Of a DNA stretch of 39,587 nucleotides, positions 31,571-39,536 are shown in pieces. This DNA comes from a virus: positions 1 through 39,587 of IMG/VR virus record IMGVR_UViG_2636416074_000001. One strand, written 5' to 3'. Position 1 is the first letter of the stretch. Each line of letters begins with the position of its first letter. Below the pieces are notes generated by a model. That model was not told where the DNA came from and searched no databases. It saw only the letters and a program-made list of their open reading frames with translations. Made by a program: the position numbers and the translations under genes.

Positions 31571-33520
31571 CTAATCTTTCATATAGAATTCTGCTTCAAA
31601 GCCGTCTGCTGCAAGGGGTAACCCTTCGGCCCAGCTGACTGGCTCTCCCATGACTTTCTCTACTTTCTCGAGAGCTTCCGTATCATCTTCCGGCACTTCC
31701 AGCACCACTTCATCGTGTACGTGCATGACGTTGGAATAGCCGATGTCGTTCAGTCGTTCGATAGCAATACCCAGAATATCCCGGGACACAGCTTGTACAA
31801 TGTTCTCCACCCATTTGCCGCCATAGGCATCGATTTTCACCCATTTGTTCTTATCGTTCAGCCCGTAGTGAGCGACAGCTTCACGACCGAATTTGTTCTC
31901 GGTGATGTGAGGTTTCGCATAAGCAAGGCTTCGGCCACTGGGAAGGTCGATGAAGAGAAATCCTCTCTCCCGTCGAAAGGTGAGACCATGCGTCTTCATG
32001 ATCTTTTTATCCTTTACTGCTGTCAGAGCTGCCTGATCACAGGCATACCAGAAATTCTTGATATTCGGGTTCGCTTCCCGCCATTTATCGACCAGAGGGC
32101 GAAGATCTGATTCTTCCATCCCCATGTTCAAAGCGCCCATGTTGATAAGCGCTCCGGGACCGCCCTGATATCCAAGAGCCAGTTCCGCGACTTTCCCTTT
32201 CTGTCGTTCCGGACTTCCTTTGGATATCGACTCGACCGGGATTTTGAACATTTGAGCAGCTGATGCTTCATAGATCTTGCCATGAGTGTTGAACACGTCC
32301 AGACGCCACTGCTCTCCTGCAAGCCAGGCAATCACCCGAGCTTCAATCGCGGAGAAGTCGGAGATTACAAATTTGTAGCCATCACTCGGAATGAAGCAGG
32401 TGCGCACGAGCTGGCTGAGAATGTTCTGCCGGCTTTCGTTATAGATAAGGTCCAGTCCTTCGAAGTCTTTCTCTTTTACCAATTTCCGTGCGGTACGAAT
32501 ACGGGAGAGGCTCATGTAGTTTTTCGTGAGGTTGTGTACCTGCACGCCTCTGCCGGCCCATCGTCCTGTTTTCGACGCTCCGTAGAACTGGAGAATGCCT
32601 CGGACCCGTTCGTCCTCACAAACCATCTGTTTCATGCGGTCGTATTTCTTTACACTGCTTTTCGAAAGCTCCTGTCTCAGTTTCAGCACCTCATGAATCA
32701 CACCAGATGTATAATGTTCGAGCATGACATCCACCGATTCTTTCTTCAGGTTCTCGATATCTACGCCCTGCTCTTGTAGCCATTTGAGGAGCTGTGTCGG
32801 ACTGTTCGGATTATCGAGACCCGTCAGTTGCCTGGCACGTTGCATCACGTCTTCTTTCGTCTGCTTGTCACAGACTATGGCACCGTCCATCAACTCCGCA
32901 TCCACCCGGACGCCTTTGTCATTGATGCGCTGATCGAGCGCCCAGAGCTTTTGTTCAGAGGTTGGTACCGGAAACTCATCAATCCGTTTTCGGATCGCCC
33001 GTTCCGTCTCTACGTCCTGCACACAATAATCAATGAATTCCTGCCATTTCTCCGGATTATGTTCCGGAAGGTTGCGTGTTCGACCGCCGTTCGTTTTCGT
33101 CGGTTTACAAGGTTTCGAGAAATAGGTGATCAGCTGCTTCCCTGACGCATCTTTCTGTTCATCCAGTTTCAGCACATCTGCGATTTGTGCGAGAGAAGCC
33201 GGCAGTCCGATGCGTGTACTATCGACCATCGTGCATCGCCACTGTTCCGGGGGCATCGCTATGCCGTAATAATGGGAGAAGCAGACCCGTTCGAAGTTGG
33301 CATTGTGAGCCGTTTTTATGACGTCCGGACTTTGCAGGGCTTCAAAGAATTCATGCTGATTCTCTTCACTCAGTACCTGGACCGGTTCATCATCGAACGC
33401 AAAGGCTGTAATCAGAATGTCGAAACTTTCATGTTCGGCGTATCGATAAGCGCCGACTTTCTTGATATCTAAGTCACAATAGGTTTCTATATCCACGCTC
33501 ATCTGAGTCATGACATCCAT
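31571..33520 (-). CDS. Family A DNA polymerase (phage PolA with 3'-5' exonuclease domain)
   Basis: SVDIETY exo motif; RQKGKVAELALGYQGG (motif B); HVHDEVVLE (motif C). Confidence 0.9.
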   Translation of the reverse strand: MDVMTQMSVDIETYCDLDIKKVGAYRYAEHESFDILITAFAFDDEPVQVLSEENQHEFFEALQSPDVIKTAHNANFERVCFSHYYGIAMPPEQWRCTMVDSTRIGLPASLAQIADVLKLDEQKDASGKQLITYFSKPCKPTKTNGGRTRNLPEHNPEKWQEFIDYCVQDVETERAIRKRIDEFPVPTSEQKLWALDQRINDKGVRVDAELMDGAIVCDKQTKEDVMQRARQLTGLDNPNSPTQLLKWLQEQGVDIENLKKESVDVMLEHYTSGVIHEVLKLRQELSKSSVKKYDRMKQMVCEDERVRGILQFYGASKTGRWAGRGVQVHNLTKNYMSLSRIRTARKLVKEKDFEGLDLIYNESRQNILSQLVRTCFIPSDGYKFVISDFSAIEARVIAWLAGEQWRLDVFNTHGKIYEASAAQMFKIPVESISKGSPERQKGKVAELALGYQGGPGALINMGALNMGMEESDLRPLVDKWREANPNIKNFWYACDQAALTAVKDKKIMKTHGLTFRRERGFLFIDLPSGRSLAYAKPHITENKFGREAVAHYGLNDKNKWVKIDAYGGKWVENIVQAVSRDILGIAIERLNDIGYSNVMHVHDEVVLEVPEDDTEALEKVEKVMGEPVSWAEGLPLAADGFEAEFYMKD

Positions 33521-33528
33521 CCTTTTCT

Positions 33529-33557
33529 AAAGCAAAAGGGGATTCCGTAGAACCCCC
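33529..33557 (-). terminator. Hairpin plus U-tract between the SSB and polymerase genes (attenuator/terminator)
   Basis: Minus strand GGGGGTTC-TACG-GAATCCCC followed by TTTTGCTTT. Confidence 0.5.
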
Positions 33558-33565
33558 TATCGCCC

Positions 33566-34129
33566 TTAAATCAAGTCGTCATCATCTGTGTCCAGTTCAT
33601 CGAAGTCTTCATCTGCAGTGGATCCGCCACTCAGCATTTCCCCGTCACGGATTTTCTGGATGTTTCCGAGACCTGCAGCGATCCCTTTGTTTCCATTCGT
33701 GTTGAAGGCAAAGAAGTTTACAGATGCTCGGATAAAGCAACCGGAGTAAACGGCTGTCGTATCTGTAATCTTATTCTTATACGCGTCTACGATCTGCGGT
33801 TGCCCCTGACTGGCGTTTCGGTTCGCATTGATGAAGTAACTGTTTTTATAAGCTTCATCGTCTTCCCGTTCCTCATCTCCATCTCGGAGAGGTGTTTTCA
33901 AGGTATTGGGAATCTTGCCACCGAATTTTGCCTTTCCGTCCTGTTTCGCTTCTTCGATTGCCTCTTCAATAGCTTTGATGGTTTCGGTATCATCTTTCGA
34001 AATGATCAAGCTGACCGAGTATTTCTCGTCACTGCCGTTGATGGATTCCGGCTCCCAGACTTTTGCATAAGAGGCGCGAACCTCACCTGTGATTACTTTT
34101 GTTCCGTTACGTTTCGCTGAAATTGCCAT
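33566..34129 (-). CDS. Phage ssDNA-binding protein (DUF2815-like) with acidic C-terminal tail
   Basis: Size, synteny between the DUF2800 and PolA genes, C-terminus DEDFDELDTDDDDLI. Confidence 0.7.
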   Translation of the reverse strand: MAISAKRNGTKVITGEVRASYAKVWEPESINGSDEKYSVSLIISKDDTETIKAIEEAIEEAKQDGKAKFGGKIPNTLKTPLRDGDEEREDDEAYKNSYFINANRNASQGQPQIVDAYKNKITDTTAVYSGCFIRASVNFFAFNTNGNKGIAAGLGNIQKIRDGEMLSGGSTADEDFDELDTDDDDLI

Positions 34130-34150
34130 AGTTGTATCTCTCCCTTTTCG

Positions 34151-35320
34151 TTAATTAATGGTGTCAAAATCGTTGTCGGCACTGTTCATTTCCGGTCGTT
34201 TGTCGCTCTCCGGAACAAGCGCAGGCTTCCCTGGTGGTTTTGCGATATAGTCTTTCAGTTTCTCTTCGACCGTTTTCTTCCCGATCTTCTTCTCCAGTTT
34301 TGAGATGGAGAGCAGTTTCTTCTCAATCAGCTCGTCTTCATCGTGCTCGTCCTTCAATAGTTCGAGAATCTTCCCCTCGTCCTTATAGGTACGTCGGCTT
34401 CGTCCCTCGACAACTTTCCATCCTTCGAAGGACTTTCCATCTTTCGCTTGCTGCAGGGCGTAGTCCTGCACGTCTTTCGCCCATTTCTGGACCGCATCTG
34501 CTTCAAACAGGATGTCTGCAATCTCATCACTGGAAAGCAGGTTCGGATCCTTCAGCTTGTTCTTCATGTTCAGGTAATGGTTTGCACGTGCTTTGCAGGT
34601 ATGCTTCACCTTACAGAAACGACAGTGCTCTCCTGGCACAAACGACCCTTCTTCGTTCCATGCCTCTTCCGCCCGTGGTCGTACATAATCTTCACCCCAT
34701 GTTTTCAGATCTTCCACTGGCAGTCGTTCTGTTGATAGATTGTTGAGTCGCGGCTGAATAATCGTCATGGCCACTTCCTGCACGTCTTCGATCATGTCGA
34801 AGATATCAAGAGCTCCTAACCCGTAGAGCCGTAGCTGAGGATTGTCGATGGCCGAAACCTCGATGCCTTTTCCGAACTTCAGATCGATGATCTCGAGCAC
34901 CCCGCCGTTATAGACGATCACGTCACCGGTACCGAACGATTCCGGGACATAGGTGCTGAGGTCCAGTTGTTCTTCGAACATCAACGTCGGCTCCGTATCA
35001 GCTCTTGCCTTCGCTTCATTGATGTGTTCTTCGACCTGATCGACGTACTCTTTCACGTAGTCGTGCAGCTCTTCCGAATAGTATTCATTCTGTTTCCGTT
35101 TCTTCAGTTCGGCGTTGAACTTCCGTTTCGTCATGCCTTGATACAGGTGAGCAAAGTGGAGTTCTGATAGTTCGTGAGCAAACGTTCCTTCTTCGGCAAA
35201 GGTGCTTGTCGTATCTGCGATGCCTTTCTCCATGGATGGGGACGCCGTACATACCAGCCACCGGTGAGCCCCGGAAGCTGATAGCAAGGCGTGTCCGCGT
35301 TCCGAGTGATTTACACTCAT
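34151..35320 (-). CDS. PD-(D/E)xK nuclease, DUF2800/Cas4-like with Cys cluster
   Basis: N-terminal LLSASGAHRWLVC; C-terminal CRFCKVKHTC (CxxCx5C). Confidence 0.75.
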   Translation of the reverse strand: MSVNHSERGHALLSASGAHRWLVCTASPSMEKGIADTTSTFAEEGTFAHELSELHFAHLYQGMTKRKFNAELKKRKQNEYYSEELHDYVKEYVDQVEEHINEAKARADTEPTLMFEEQLDLSTYVPESFGTGDVIVYNGGVLEIIDLKFGKGIEVSAIDNPQLRLYGLGALDIFDMIEDVQEVAMTIIQPRLNNLSTERLPVEDLKTWGEDYVRPRAEEAWNEEGSFVPGEHCRFCKVKHTCKARANHYLNMKNKLKDPNLLSSDEIADILFEADAVQKWAKDVQDYALQQAKDGKSFEGWKVVEGRSRRTYKDEGKILELLKDEHDEDELIEKKLLSISKLEKKIGKKTVEEKLKDYIAKPPGKPALVPESDKRPEMNSADNDFDTIN

Positions 35321-35709
35321 TGCATGTTCTCCTCGACAAAGGCCATGTACTCATCGAAGTATTTCTCCGGAAGATTACTCACCTTGTCCACGTCTCTTTC
35401 AGATAAGAAGCTCTTCAGCTTTTCTCGGTTCGCTTTATCCGCCTGGATGAATTCACGGGTTTTCGCTGTGATCGTATCCATCGTGAAATTTGATTTCTGT
35501 TCAGGCTCGTCGTTCTTCTCTTCTTTGGCAGGAGCTTTTTCTTCTTTCGGCGCTTCCTGCTTTGTTTCTGGTTTATTTTTGCCTACAGGCTCTTCATCCT
35601 TTTGAGCCTCTGGTAGATTTACCGGGTATTCAAAGTTTCCGAGAACCTGAGCAAGCGTATGAATCGCTGACTCCAGTCCTTCTGCATCGATCTTCACTTT
35701 AATTTCCAT
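35317..35709 (-). CDS. Hypothetical protein with a low-complexity Lys/Glu/Pro linker
   Basis: ORF track gives 35317..35769. I trimmed it to the ATG at 35709 after AGGAGG. Confidence 0.55.
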   Translation of the reverse strand: MEIKVKIDAEGLESAIHTLAQVLGNFEYPVNLPEAQKDEEPVGKNKPETKQEAPKEEKAPAKEEKNDEPEQKSNFTMDTITAKTREFIQADKANREKLKSFLSERDVDKVSNLPEKYFDEYMAFVEENMQ

Positions 35710-35763
35710 AGATAGGTGCCTCCTGATGTGATATAGTAAAGATAGGTTATATCTTTTTTGGTA

Positions 35764-35789
35764 GGCCACGTTGCAGCGTGGTCTTTTTT
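35764..35789 (+). terminator. Orphan plus-strand intrinsic terminator inside the minus-strand early operon
   Basis: Plus strand GGCCACG-TTGCAG-CGTGGTC followed by TTTTTT. On the minus strand no U-tract follows the hairpin. Confidence 0.45.
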
Positions 35790-35931
35790 AATGCTCATAT
35801 TTTTGAAGTGCAGCTAAGGTGGTCGCTTTTGCGTTGAGCAGGATTGCGAGTGCTTCTTCACTGGTTGCGTGTTGGATGTTGCGGTCGATCGTCTTCAATG
35901 TTTCAACCAGTTGAGTTTTAAATCGTTTCAT
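35788..35931 (-). CDS. Hypothetical protein (47 aa)
   Basis: ORF track gives 35788..36018. I trimmed it to the ATG at 35931 after GGGAGG. Confidence 0.5.
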   Translation of the reverse strand: MKRFKTQLVETLKTIDRNIQHATSEEALAILLNAKATTLAALQKYEH

Positions 35932-35933
35932 CT

Positions 35934-36164
35934 TCAAGCCTCCCTTCGTAATGGAATAACGTTCTCGTACCACCCGACCAAATCCGTGTATAGTGGATAG
36001 CCGAGATCGGCGTAGCACTCATGACAGCAGAACATATCTGAATGTGGATGGTACGTTTCAACATCCATCCGGACATATTCATGCGGAGACATCTCCATTT
36101 CAAATGCTTCCTTCGCATACCTTTCAATCTGTGCGGGTGTGCGCTGGCATCGGATACATTGCAT
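35934..36164 (-). CDS. Zinc-binding small protein (CxxC...CxxC), hypothetical
   Basis: MQCIRCQ... and FCCHECY motifs. Confidence 0.55.
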   Translation of the reverse strand: MQCIRCQRTPAQIERYAKEAFEMEMSPHEYVRMDVETYHPHSDMFCCHECYADLGYPLYTDLVGWYENVIPLRREA

Positions 36165-36196
36165 CTTTTCTCACCTCCCATATAGGATAAACAGCT

Positions 36197-36430
36197 TCAA
36201 ATACTGATACCGGCTATTTTCAGTTGACCGCCATGCCTAGTGGCCATTAGCTGACCGGCTTCATTAAGCGTTTCTTTCAAGTAGAATTCCTCTTCATCAA
36301 ACCAGTAGATTTCATCACCGACGAATACTTCATTGTCTCCCGCGTCATACCCGAAAAGGTTATCGTCCTTCCAGTTATTCAGCCCGGTGCGATTGACTCT
36401 GCTTATTTCCGGGTGCTCGATGTCTTTCAT
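36197..36430 (-). CDS. Hypothetical protein (77 aa)
   Basis: ORF track; abuts the upstream gene. Confidence 0.55.
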   Translation of the reverse strand: MKDIEHPEISRVNRTGLNNWKDDNLFGYDAGDNEVFVGDEIYWFDEEEFYLKETLNEAGQLMATRHGGQLKIAGISI

Positions 36431-36694
36431 TCAAAGGCTCCTTTCTTCCGATACTGTTTTGTACAGTTCCATCAAATGCGGATTCGCTTCATTGAAAGCC
36501 GCCTTATGCATCATTGGAATGTGGAAAGTCCGTTCCAGGTCTGTCATCAGGTGTGCGAGCCTTACATCGCGATTGGTATTGTTACCATTCAAGATATCGA
36601 TAAGGCGTTTCTGATACCCGTACATTTCACCAGTTGTCATTTGCTGGTCCATTGTCCATGCGTTGCGTCCGATCATCGTCACCCCTCCTTTCAT
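36431..36694 (-). CDS. Hypothetical protein (87 aa, or 81 aa from ATG 36676)
   Basis: ORF track. The ATG at 36694 overlaps the upstream peptide stop (ATGA). The alternative ATG at 36676 follows AGGAGGGG. Confidence 0.55.
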   Translation of the reverse strand: MKGGVTMIGRNAWTMDQQMTTGEMYGYQKRLIDILNGNNTNRDVRLAHLMTDLERTFHIPMMHKAAFNEANPHLMELYKTVSEERSL

Positions 36695-36783
36695 AGATTG
36701 CTAACCAACGACCAGTACAGAAACACGAGTGACAGTATCCATAAAGTGAAATGGATAACACTATGTCGTTGATTCTGGGTCAT
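36691..36783 (-). CDS. Small single-TM peptide (30 aa)
   Basis: Own translation: MTQNQRHSVIHFTLWILSLVFLYWSLVSNL. SD GAGGAGG with a 6-nt spacer. Overlaps the 3' end of the Xis-like gene in another frame. Confidence 0.4.
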   Translation of the reverse strand: MTQNQRHSVIHFTLWILSLVFLYWSLVSNL

Positions 36784-36970
36784 CTTGTCCCTCCTCGCTT
36801 TCTGGATCTAACCATCTCTCAATAGAATCGATATCGAAGATAATTTTTGATCCAATCTTTTTATGAGGAATCCTGTTCTGCTTCACGAGACGGTAAATGA
36901 ACGATTTGGATAACTTGTTTCCTGTCTCCTCTAAATATTTAACAAGCCCCTTCACATCCGTTCTCTTCAT
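36761..36970 (-). CDS. Excisionase-family HTH protein (HTH_17/MerR-like)
   Basis: FIYRLVKQNRIPHKKIGSKIIFDIDSIERWL. Confidence 0.6.
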   Translation of the reverse strand: MKRTDVKGLVKYLEETGNKLSKSFIYRLVKQNRIPHKKIGSKIIFDIDSIERWLDPESEEGQDDPESTT

Positions 36971-37168
36971 TCACACCACCTTCTTGTTGATATCTAAGAT
37001 TTTGCAAATTTGTTTAATGTGTTTCTGAGCTTTTTCTCCACTTCTGCGACCGTGAATGATATCGGAAACGTAAGCACTTGATACATTTAGCATTTCAGCA
37101 AGATCTTTCTGACGCATATCTCGCCTGAATAGTTCGTTCTTAACACGCGCCGCCAAGTCTTTTGACAT
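36971..37168 (-). CDS. Cro-like XRE-family HTH regulator
   Basis: RQKDLAEMLNVSSAYVSDIIHGRR; first gene of the leftward early operon, divergent from the repressor. Confidence 0.75.
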   Translation of the reverse strand: MSKDLAARVKNELFRRDMRQKDLAEMLNVSSAYVSDIIHGRRSGEKAQKHIKQICKILDINKKVV

Positions 37169-37474
37169 GATTACACCCTCTTTCTTTAATAAAATAAGCT
37201 AAAAAGTTAGCTAATTCTTTAATAAGCATTGACTTAAATTAAAGAAAATTATAGACTAAAGACATAGCTAAATAAGACTTAAAAAAGCCTGTAAGCGCAC
37301 ATTTTAACGTTGGGGAACGGGTAAAATGCTTTTGTAAAGGTAGTCTTTTTTGTACTCTTTTTTAGCTAACTAATTAGCTTATGAACAAAGTATATTAAAG
37401 AACTTTGTAGAAGTCAACTAAATTTCTACAAAAATCTTTAATTGAATCGTTCTGGCTTCCAGAGGATGATTGAT
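37169..37474. promoter_or_regulatory. Lysis-lysogeny switch region: divergent promoters and repeated operators
   Basis: 20-bp sites TAAGCTAAAAAGTTAGCTAA (37195-37214) and, inverted, TAAGCTAATTAGTTAGCTAA (37362-37381). Half-site ATAGCTAA at 37264. Plus-strand TTGACT-17-TAGACT (37229-37257). Minus-strand TATAAT (37253-37248). Palindrome at 37404-37432. Confidence 0.6.
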
Positions 37475-37792
37475 ATGACAGTGTTTGATAGGGTTAAAGA
37501 ACTTTGTAAAAAAAGGGGAATCACAGTAGCTCAATTAGAAGATAAGGTCGGATTCGGTCGCAATTCTATGTATTCATGGAAGAAGAACAAACCTTCTTCT
37601 GACAGACTCGAGAAAGTTGCTGATTATTTTAATGTCTCTACAGACTATCTGCTTGGTCGGACGGAAGATCCGGAAATAGAAACAATAGCTGCTCACCATG
37701 AAGAAGAGTGGACGGAGGAAGAAATGGAGGAAATCGAACGGTTTAAAGAATTCGTTAAACTGAAAAGACAGAAGAACCAGGGGGATAATTAA
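37475..37792 (+). CDS. CI-like/ImmR-like XRE-family repressor
   Basis: ITVAQLEDKVGFGRNSMYSWKKNK HTH. ATG at 37475 after AGAGGA (the ORF track started at TTG 37442). Confidence 0.8.
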   Translation: MTVFDRVKELCKKRGITVAQLEDKVGFGRNSMYSWKKNKPSSDRLEKVADYFNVSTDYLLGRTEDPEIETIAAHHEEEWTEEEMEEIERFKEFVKLKRQKNQGDN

Positions 37793-38259
37793 TGTTGTAT
37801 GAAAAGCTTTTATCAGAAGCATATTCCCTGGGCATAGACGTATACGAGGAAGAGATCAGAGGTAACATTAAAGGATTGTATGCAGATAATGTCATATGGA
37901 TTGACAAGCACTTACCTTCCTATCCTCACAAATACTGTATCTTAGCTGAAGAAATAGGACACCACCATAGAACTACTGGGAATATACTTAATCAAAAGAA
38001 AGTAGTTAACGTGAAACAAGAAATGCTCGCTCGTCTTTGGGCGTACGAGAGACTTATACCGCTTTACAAGATAATCGAAGGTCATCACCAGTATATAAGG
38101 AACAAGCATGAATTTGCTGACTTTTTGGGAGTGACCGAAGAATTTCTTGAAGCTGCTCTTCAGAAGTATAAAGAGAAATACGGGCATTACGTGGATGTTG
38201 AAGGATATCGTATTATATTCGACCCGTTAGGTGTAGTGGAATGGTTCGAAGAGTTCTGA
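37792..38259 (+). CDS. ImmA/IrrE-like (Peptidase_M78-like) protein, motif EEIGH instead of HExxH
   Basis: CILAEEIGHHHRTTGN. Immediately follows and overlaps the repressor gene (TAATG), in an ICEBs1 immR-immA-int-like order. Confidence 0.65.
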   Translation: MLYEKLLSEAYSLGIDVYEEEIRGNIKGLYADNVIWIDKHLPSYPHKYCILAEEIGHHHRTTGNILNQKKVVNVKQEMLARLWAYERLIPLYKIIEGHHQYIRNKHEFADFLGVTEEFLEAALQKYKEKYGHYVDVEGYRIIFDPLGVVEWFEEF

Positions 38260-38277
38260 TTATAAAGGAGGATGTAA

Positions 38278-39444
38278 ATGGCTAGTTACAGGGAGGTATC
38301 CAAGGGTAAGTACAAACTGACCGTAGAATTAGGGTACGTTGGGAAAAAACGCAAGAAGAAGAATAGGACTGTTTCAGCTAAGAATAAAACTGAAGCGAAG
38401 AAAAAGTTAGCACTATTTGAAGCAGAAGTTTTATCAAAGCAGTTAACGGATGCGACCAAGCTATCGTTTGAACATTTTTATGAGGAATGGCTCAACAAGT
38501 TCGCTAAAGATCATTATGGCATTCGCATGCTAAATGAAACGAAAAGAATTTTTGAGAAACGCTTACTACCTGAGTTCGGTCCCATGAAAATAAAAGACGT
38601 GAAGAAAATTCATATCGTCAATTATTTCGATGAATTAAAGCAACCTGGTAAGCGTTTGGATGGCAAGGAAGGGTATTTATCCTCAAGCAGTATAAAAAAC
38701 ATATACAAGGCTCTGAACGCTTTATTTAAAGTGGCTGAAGAGTGGGAGTTAATTGACCGTAATCCATGCGAGAATGTAAAGATTCCGAAGGTGACGCACA
38801 AGAAATCTGAAGTTTATTCCTTGGAAGAATCTCGCGTACTATTTAATAAGCTGGAGAATGAAGAAACGATCTGGCAGTTGATTGTACAAACTGCCGCTGT
38901 TCTCGGAGCACGTGAAGGAGAAATAGCTGCATTAGAGGGTAAACATCTGGATTTCGATAATAATGCTATATTAGTCGAACAGGCTTTAGTAGTAGCAATA
39001 GGAGAGGGGCTCCAATTGAAATCAACGAAAACAGGAAGAACTCGAAAGGTTTCTGTCCCTGAAGACCTTATGAAAGCTTTGAAGAAATTGCGTGCTTTGA
39101 AATATGAGCAAAAGATAGAGACGCATAATCTGTGGAAGTGGCCGAATAACCTTTTTCTATTTTCAGACGAATACGGTCAGCCGCTTCGACCGGACTCCAT
39201 AAGCCAACGATGGATACGTTTCTTGAATAAAAAACAAAATAGTGAATTGAAAAGGATACGGTTCCATGATCTCAGGCATACCTCAGCCACCTTGTTAATT
39301 AATCAAGGAGTCCATGCGAAGATCATCCAGGAGCGTTTAGGCCATTCTAAGATCAGCACAACCATGGATACTTACGGACACGTTCTACAAGAAGCTGAGC
39401 AAAGTTCCGCTAAGCATTTCAATGACCTTTTCAAAAAAGCTTAA
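38278..39444 (+). CDS. int: Tyrosine recombinase / phage integrase
   Basis: C-terminal HDLRHTSATLL ... GHSKISTTMDTYGHV catalytic motifs. Adjacent to attR. Confidence 0.92.
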   Translation: MASYREVSKGKYKLTVELGYVGKKRKKKNRTVSAKNKTEAKKKLALFEAEVLSKQLTDATKLSFEHFYEEWLNKFAKDHYGIRMLNETKRIFEKRLLPEFGPMKIKDVKKIHIVNYFDELKQPGKRLDGKEGYLSSSSIKNIYKALNALFKVAEEWELIDRNPCENVKIPKVTHKKSEVYSLEESRVLFNKLENEETIWQLIVQTAAVLGAREGEIAALEGKHLDFDNNAILVEQALVVAIGEGLQLKSTKTGRTRKVSVPEDLMKALKKLRALKYEQKIETHNLWKWPNNLFLFSDEYGQPLRPDSISQRWIRFLNKKQNSELKRIRFHDLRHTSATLLINQGVHAKIIQERLGHSKISTTMDTYGHVLQEAEQSSAKHFNDLFKKA

Positions 39445-39487
39445 AATGGTATCCTATTGGTATCTTTTTCGAGACCTAAAGATACTA
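39443..39487 (+). promoter_or_regulatory. Putative integrase arm-type binding sites (right arm of attP)
   Basis: AAAATGGTATCCTATTGGTATC at 39443-39464 matches 166-187 at 21 of 22 positions. GGTATC at 39448 and 39459 (11-nt phasing). AGATACT at 39480-39486. Confidence 0.5.
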
Positions 39488-39490
39488 AGC

Positions 39491-39534
39491 AAAAATAAAA
39501 AACCTTATGAACGTAGTGTTCACAAGGCTTTTCA
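39491..39534. terminator. Bidirectional hairpin; strong terminator for the minus-strand tRNA, weaker for int
   Basis: AACCTTATGAAC-GTAGT-GTTCACAAGGCTT. On the minus strand it is followed by TTTTTTATTTTT; on the plus strand by CTTTTC. Confidence 0.65.
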
Positions 39535-39536
39535 GC

